From Takakia lepidozioides (Eukaryota; Plantae; Bryophyta): a stretch of DNA of 64,000 nt. The stretch's first letter is position 1. Each line of letters starts with the position of its first letter. The DNA lies in the NCBI GenBank assembly GCA_030704615.1, contig CM060731.1:32798001-32862000 (forward strand). Direction: 5' to 3'. Below are positions 60,481-64,000 of this stretch, one piece after another. Made by a program: the position numbers and the translations under genes. The notes below the pieces were generated by a model. That model did no database searches. It saw only the letters and a list, made by a program, of their open reading frames with translations, and was not told where the DNA came from.

Positions 60481-62370
60481 TTAGAAAACCTCATCATCTG
60501 TGTCATCCATATCTGAGTCATCTGCCTCTTCTAAATTGTCATCCAGCTCGGCATTTTCAGTGGATTGCGTTATTGAAGGGTTATTATCTGTACCCTGGCT
60601 GGTGGAGTCCTTGACGTGCATGTCTGCACCACCATCCATCTTGACAGACCCCAAATTTTGTTGAGAAGCTTCATCCCACTTTTCCTCGTCCTGCCTTTGC
60701 AGGCCTTTTTCAGAGTTGACTGTCTCCAATCCAGTCAAACTCGCTGTATCTGCACCAGAAGAGTCTTCAACTACTCTGTTCAGCAAGTGATCTTTACTTA
60801 ATGCCTCCACGAAAGATACCCTTTTGTCCTCAACACTTATTTCCAACGTTTTGTCTACATCAAGCAGGCCCACCACAGGCCCACCTTTCATTAATTGATC
60901 TCCTCTGTTTTTGATAGTGCCCAATCCTAAGGTTTTGTTCTCAAATGCATACATCGTCTGCAGAGGCTGGTCCACCACATAGGAACTGCCAGAACCTTCA
61001 TGTCTCTGTTTTGCATTGTTCAAGTCTCCTGTATCATTTGCAGAACCCTCACCTGCAGGCATCATTACGTTGTCTGAAACAGCCCTTCCATCACCCTCTT
61101 CTAACTCCTTGAGCTGCACAAAAATCACTGGTGGCCACAAGGCATCTGTGTAGTGGCAAAACGTTTTCCAAAGAGTAGGTGTCTCTCTCTCACACCCCCA
61201 CATTTGCTTTCTTTCTCTCAAAAAGGATCATTTGACTGGCTCAAAAGCCACACAGCTTACTGCTACTGCAAGCAGCAAAGTCTCTTTCTCTCACACACAC
61301 ACACGCGTGCATGCAGATGCACGCACACATATGATGAGCCTGATCCATAAACAAATCCAAGAGCTGTAGTCCATGAGGTAAAAGTCCAAAAAATTCAAAA
61401 TTTTCATTTGAAAGATCCAGAGAAATCAGATAATCCATCCTCCCTCAACCAAATAAATAAGGTTGGAACTAGAGCACATTACCCAAAGATGTAGTAAGCT
61501 TTTCAGTGTCCATCTTCTCTTCTCCATCTCTTTCCTCATCTCTTTCCTCATCCCCTTCCTCATCCCCTTCCTCCACACCTCGCTCCAGCACATCCATGTC
61601 ATTGTTGATAGTCTCTTCCTTACCAAAATCTGCGGTCATTGGAGATCCGAATTCCTTCTTTCTGTAAAATTTCTTTGTTTAGTAAAATTTCGCAATAGCA
61701 ACAGATATGGAATCCGTGATATGGATAGAATGGAGAAAGACCCGTGATCCCAATAGCGAAGGTCCAGCAAACCAAACAGTACAATCAAGTCAACCACCAT
61801 TTCCCTGCAGATGATCTCTTTCTGTCCACGTATACTCAGGGCTCAAAGAGAGATCAGAGAATCAAGATAGTGCAGTGTGAAGATTCATTCCATTCTTGCT
61901 CTCGTAGTTTCTGACAGGAGGTCACAGTCAAGAATGCAGATAGTTTTGGTTGTTCTAACATCAAACTCATCTGGAGGACTTCCAATTTCTCTGACGGGAT
62001 CAATGTACAAGACCTGGAGGGATATGGGTATTTGTTTAATCTTTCCAATACCTTCATCAGCATATAAAGGCTTCTCCATCGTGTTTCCGTCCCCATCAAG
62101 AGCTCCATCAATGCCATCACCGCCCGGTACCGTCGACGTCGCCCCCAGTTCCGGCTTCAGCGCCTTCCGACCGAAGAGGTCGACCCTGACGTCGTTCAAG
62201 CTTTTTCTCCGCAGATGCCGCTCTTCTTCCCCAGCTGTCTGGCTTCTTTTGTGATTGAACTGGTATATCATCCATGTGAATACCAATGTCAACAGGGTGA
62301 TGTGAACAATTCGTTTCCATTTCAGTCTCTTGGAATTTTTCTGGTGACGATGAGGTGCGGAGCGGACCAT
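60481..62370 (-). CDS. Type II membrane protein with acidic low-complexity lumenal region; exons 62370-62052, 61629-61483, 61145-60481 (3' end uncertain)
   Basis: Basic N-terminus plus TM (KRIVHITLLTLVFTWMIYQFNH) and LFGRKAL resemble a conserved plant family. Phase-1 GT-AG introns link D/E-rich exons. Further exon-like segments may lie at 59230-59610. Confidence 0.65.
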
Positions 62371-62962
62371 GATTGACCCCCGTATGAAGATCCCTTCTCC
62401 CACGGAAGAATGTAATTTCCCCCTCCTCTAGTAGACCCTGCCCTCTTGATAGCCAAAGCTCCCGTCGTAGTTCTCCGAGACATGTTCAGCCCATGTTTGC
62501 TTGCACGTTCAAGTCCAGGGCTCCATGCACTAGCATCAATCTACCATCAAACTGCTCCGACGCCTTGAGCCTCTCAGCGCGAGTTCAGCACCCTCACATA
62601 AGCATGCCGCACTCTGCTGATACAAGCACACAATTCTCATGGATTTAGAATCACATCACCTCAACAATCATCTTACAAGTCTTCCAGTCCAAATGCAGAG
62701 AGAAGAAGCAAGGTACGCTTTGACTTACCAATGTGGCACGACACACGATGGATTCCTCCACATTTTATACTCCATATTGCATTTGCAGCTCCGCCATTCC
62801 TCCTCCCTGCAACGCCTGCATCAGATCACACCTCCGCCATGTCCTCCATCAAATCCTCGCCTGCACTGCTTTAGGGTTCGGTTCTCACACCTTCCCCACC
62901 ACGTGTCACGGTTTCCCTCTGTCTAGTAGTATCCACTGATACCAGTGTTGGGCGGGTATTAC

Positions 62963-64000
62963 ATTTTATTTTATTTTTATTTATTTTTTGGAAGGATTTC
63001 TCATTTTATAACCAATTCGGGGAAAAAAATAAAACCCCAAGTGACACCATAAGGGTTACACACCGTAGGCAGTGTGGGGGGAACCAAAAACCCTGCATAA
63101 AACACAGTATTTGAACTGGTAAACCTAAGGAAGCCAAGCCTTAATAATGAGAGAGTCCTCCAAAAAGCAGCGTATGAAGCCGAGATTATCGAGGGGCTAA
63201 TCTACGAGAAATCATACTAGCGAAAGTTAAGCCTGGAGGTCGTGGCAGGGTGCTTGACGTGCTTCCAGTTGACGTCTCTCTCAAATTCTGGCGAGGCCAT
63301 GGAGTGGAGCTCGGAGGTTTCTCCAACGGTGAGGGGGCGGTGAGGGGGGAGAGTGTTCCAAACACAGAGATCTTTCTCGTCGCTTTGGCAAACGATGCCA
63401 TGGCAGGCCCACGTTGATCTGAAAGTGGCATGGATTGCAGGCGCTTGCCTGGGGCCTTCTCGCAATCTGCAACACATTTCGCCTAAGCTTTTTTTGATTC
63501 CGTACGCAGGTCACTGTAAACCAATGACAGTAAACCCAAGGTAGAGCTCGTTTCATCATTGAAAGTTTTCTTGCATCTAGCTCGCCACAAATGCCACAGG
63601 GTAGAAGCTCTGAGAGTTTCGAAGACTGGGCATGGGAAGGTTCTTGCCCTGGAGGACCTGTTGTAGTTTAGGAGGAGGTCTAGAGGGGAGATGTCGTTCA
63701 GGCTCCAATGCCTGTAAAAGACTTTGATTAAGGACCAAATTTTAGCCGGTGCAGTGCAGGTGAGTAGGCAGTGCTCATGGGTCTCGATGATTCCTGAGGA
63801 ACAACACGAGCACAAGAGTGCGTCATGGAATTGTAGCCATTCTCCTACCTTGATGTGCAACTGTGGTTACAATGATTTGCTTCCATCCCTTTTCCTGCAA
63901 GCTAAGGTTCCATTTTCCATTCCACTTAGCCGTGAAATTAGCGTTGCCCAGCAACAGTTTATAGCCAATCTTAACTTTGTACCCGAGGAGAGGTGTTTTC
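62963..64000 (-). mobile_element. L1-type LINE 3' portion (runs off the window end)
   Basis: ORF 63483..63860 has a zf-RVT-like CSCCSSGIIETHEHCLLTC and TLWHLWRARCKKTF. The A-rich tail is seen as (TTTTA)n at 62964-62988. Confidence 0.85.

Overview
Eukaryotic nuclear DNA from a land plant, probably seed-free (inferred from moss/fern/lycophyte-style PLS-DYW PPR genes; the species cannot be determined). Apparently intact spliced genes: a conserved membrane protein (8380-9338), a kinase-less L-type lectin, a CYP71-clan P450, an ABCG half-transporter with a ~500-aa S/P/R-rich N-terminus, a DUF866/CXXC zinc protein, a PP2-type F-box protein, a second conserved membrane protein, prefoldin subunit 2 and an acidic type-II membrane protein. 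The left 25 kb is rearranged and decaying. It holds a PLS-PPR pseudogene, two collinear RTE-X-like LINE pieces bracketing a host gene, a 5'-truncated amidase pseudogene, and a decayed gene that joins up to three OSB-type PDF (ssDNA-binding) motifs to a PPR-E-DYW editing module. That last gene is split by a 2.3-kb insertion carrying three intron-separated asparaginyl-tRNA synthetase exons. A 7.9-kb Ty3/gypsy element (30483-38378, 4-bp TSD) has an extra 5' ORF, a dUTPase-like domain between protease and RT, and an LTR-end-like sequence where the PPT should be. It sits inside the 3' end of an L1. Also present: a tRNA-derived SINE with a 15-bp TSD, a 4-copy ~250-bp tandem array and another L1 3' end. 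All calls were made by eye from the sequence and the ORF track; no searches were run.
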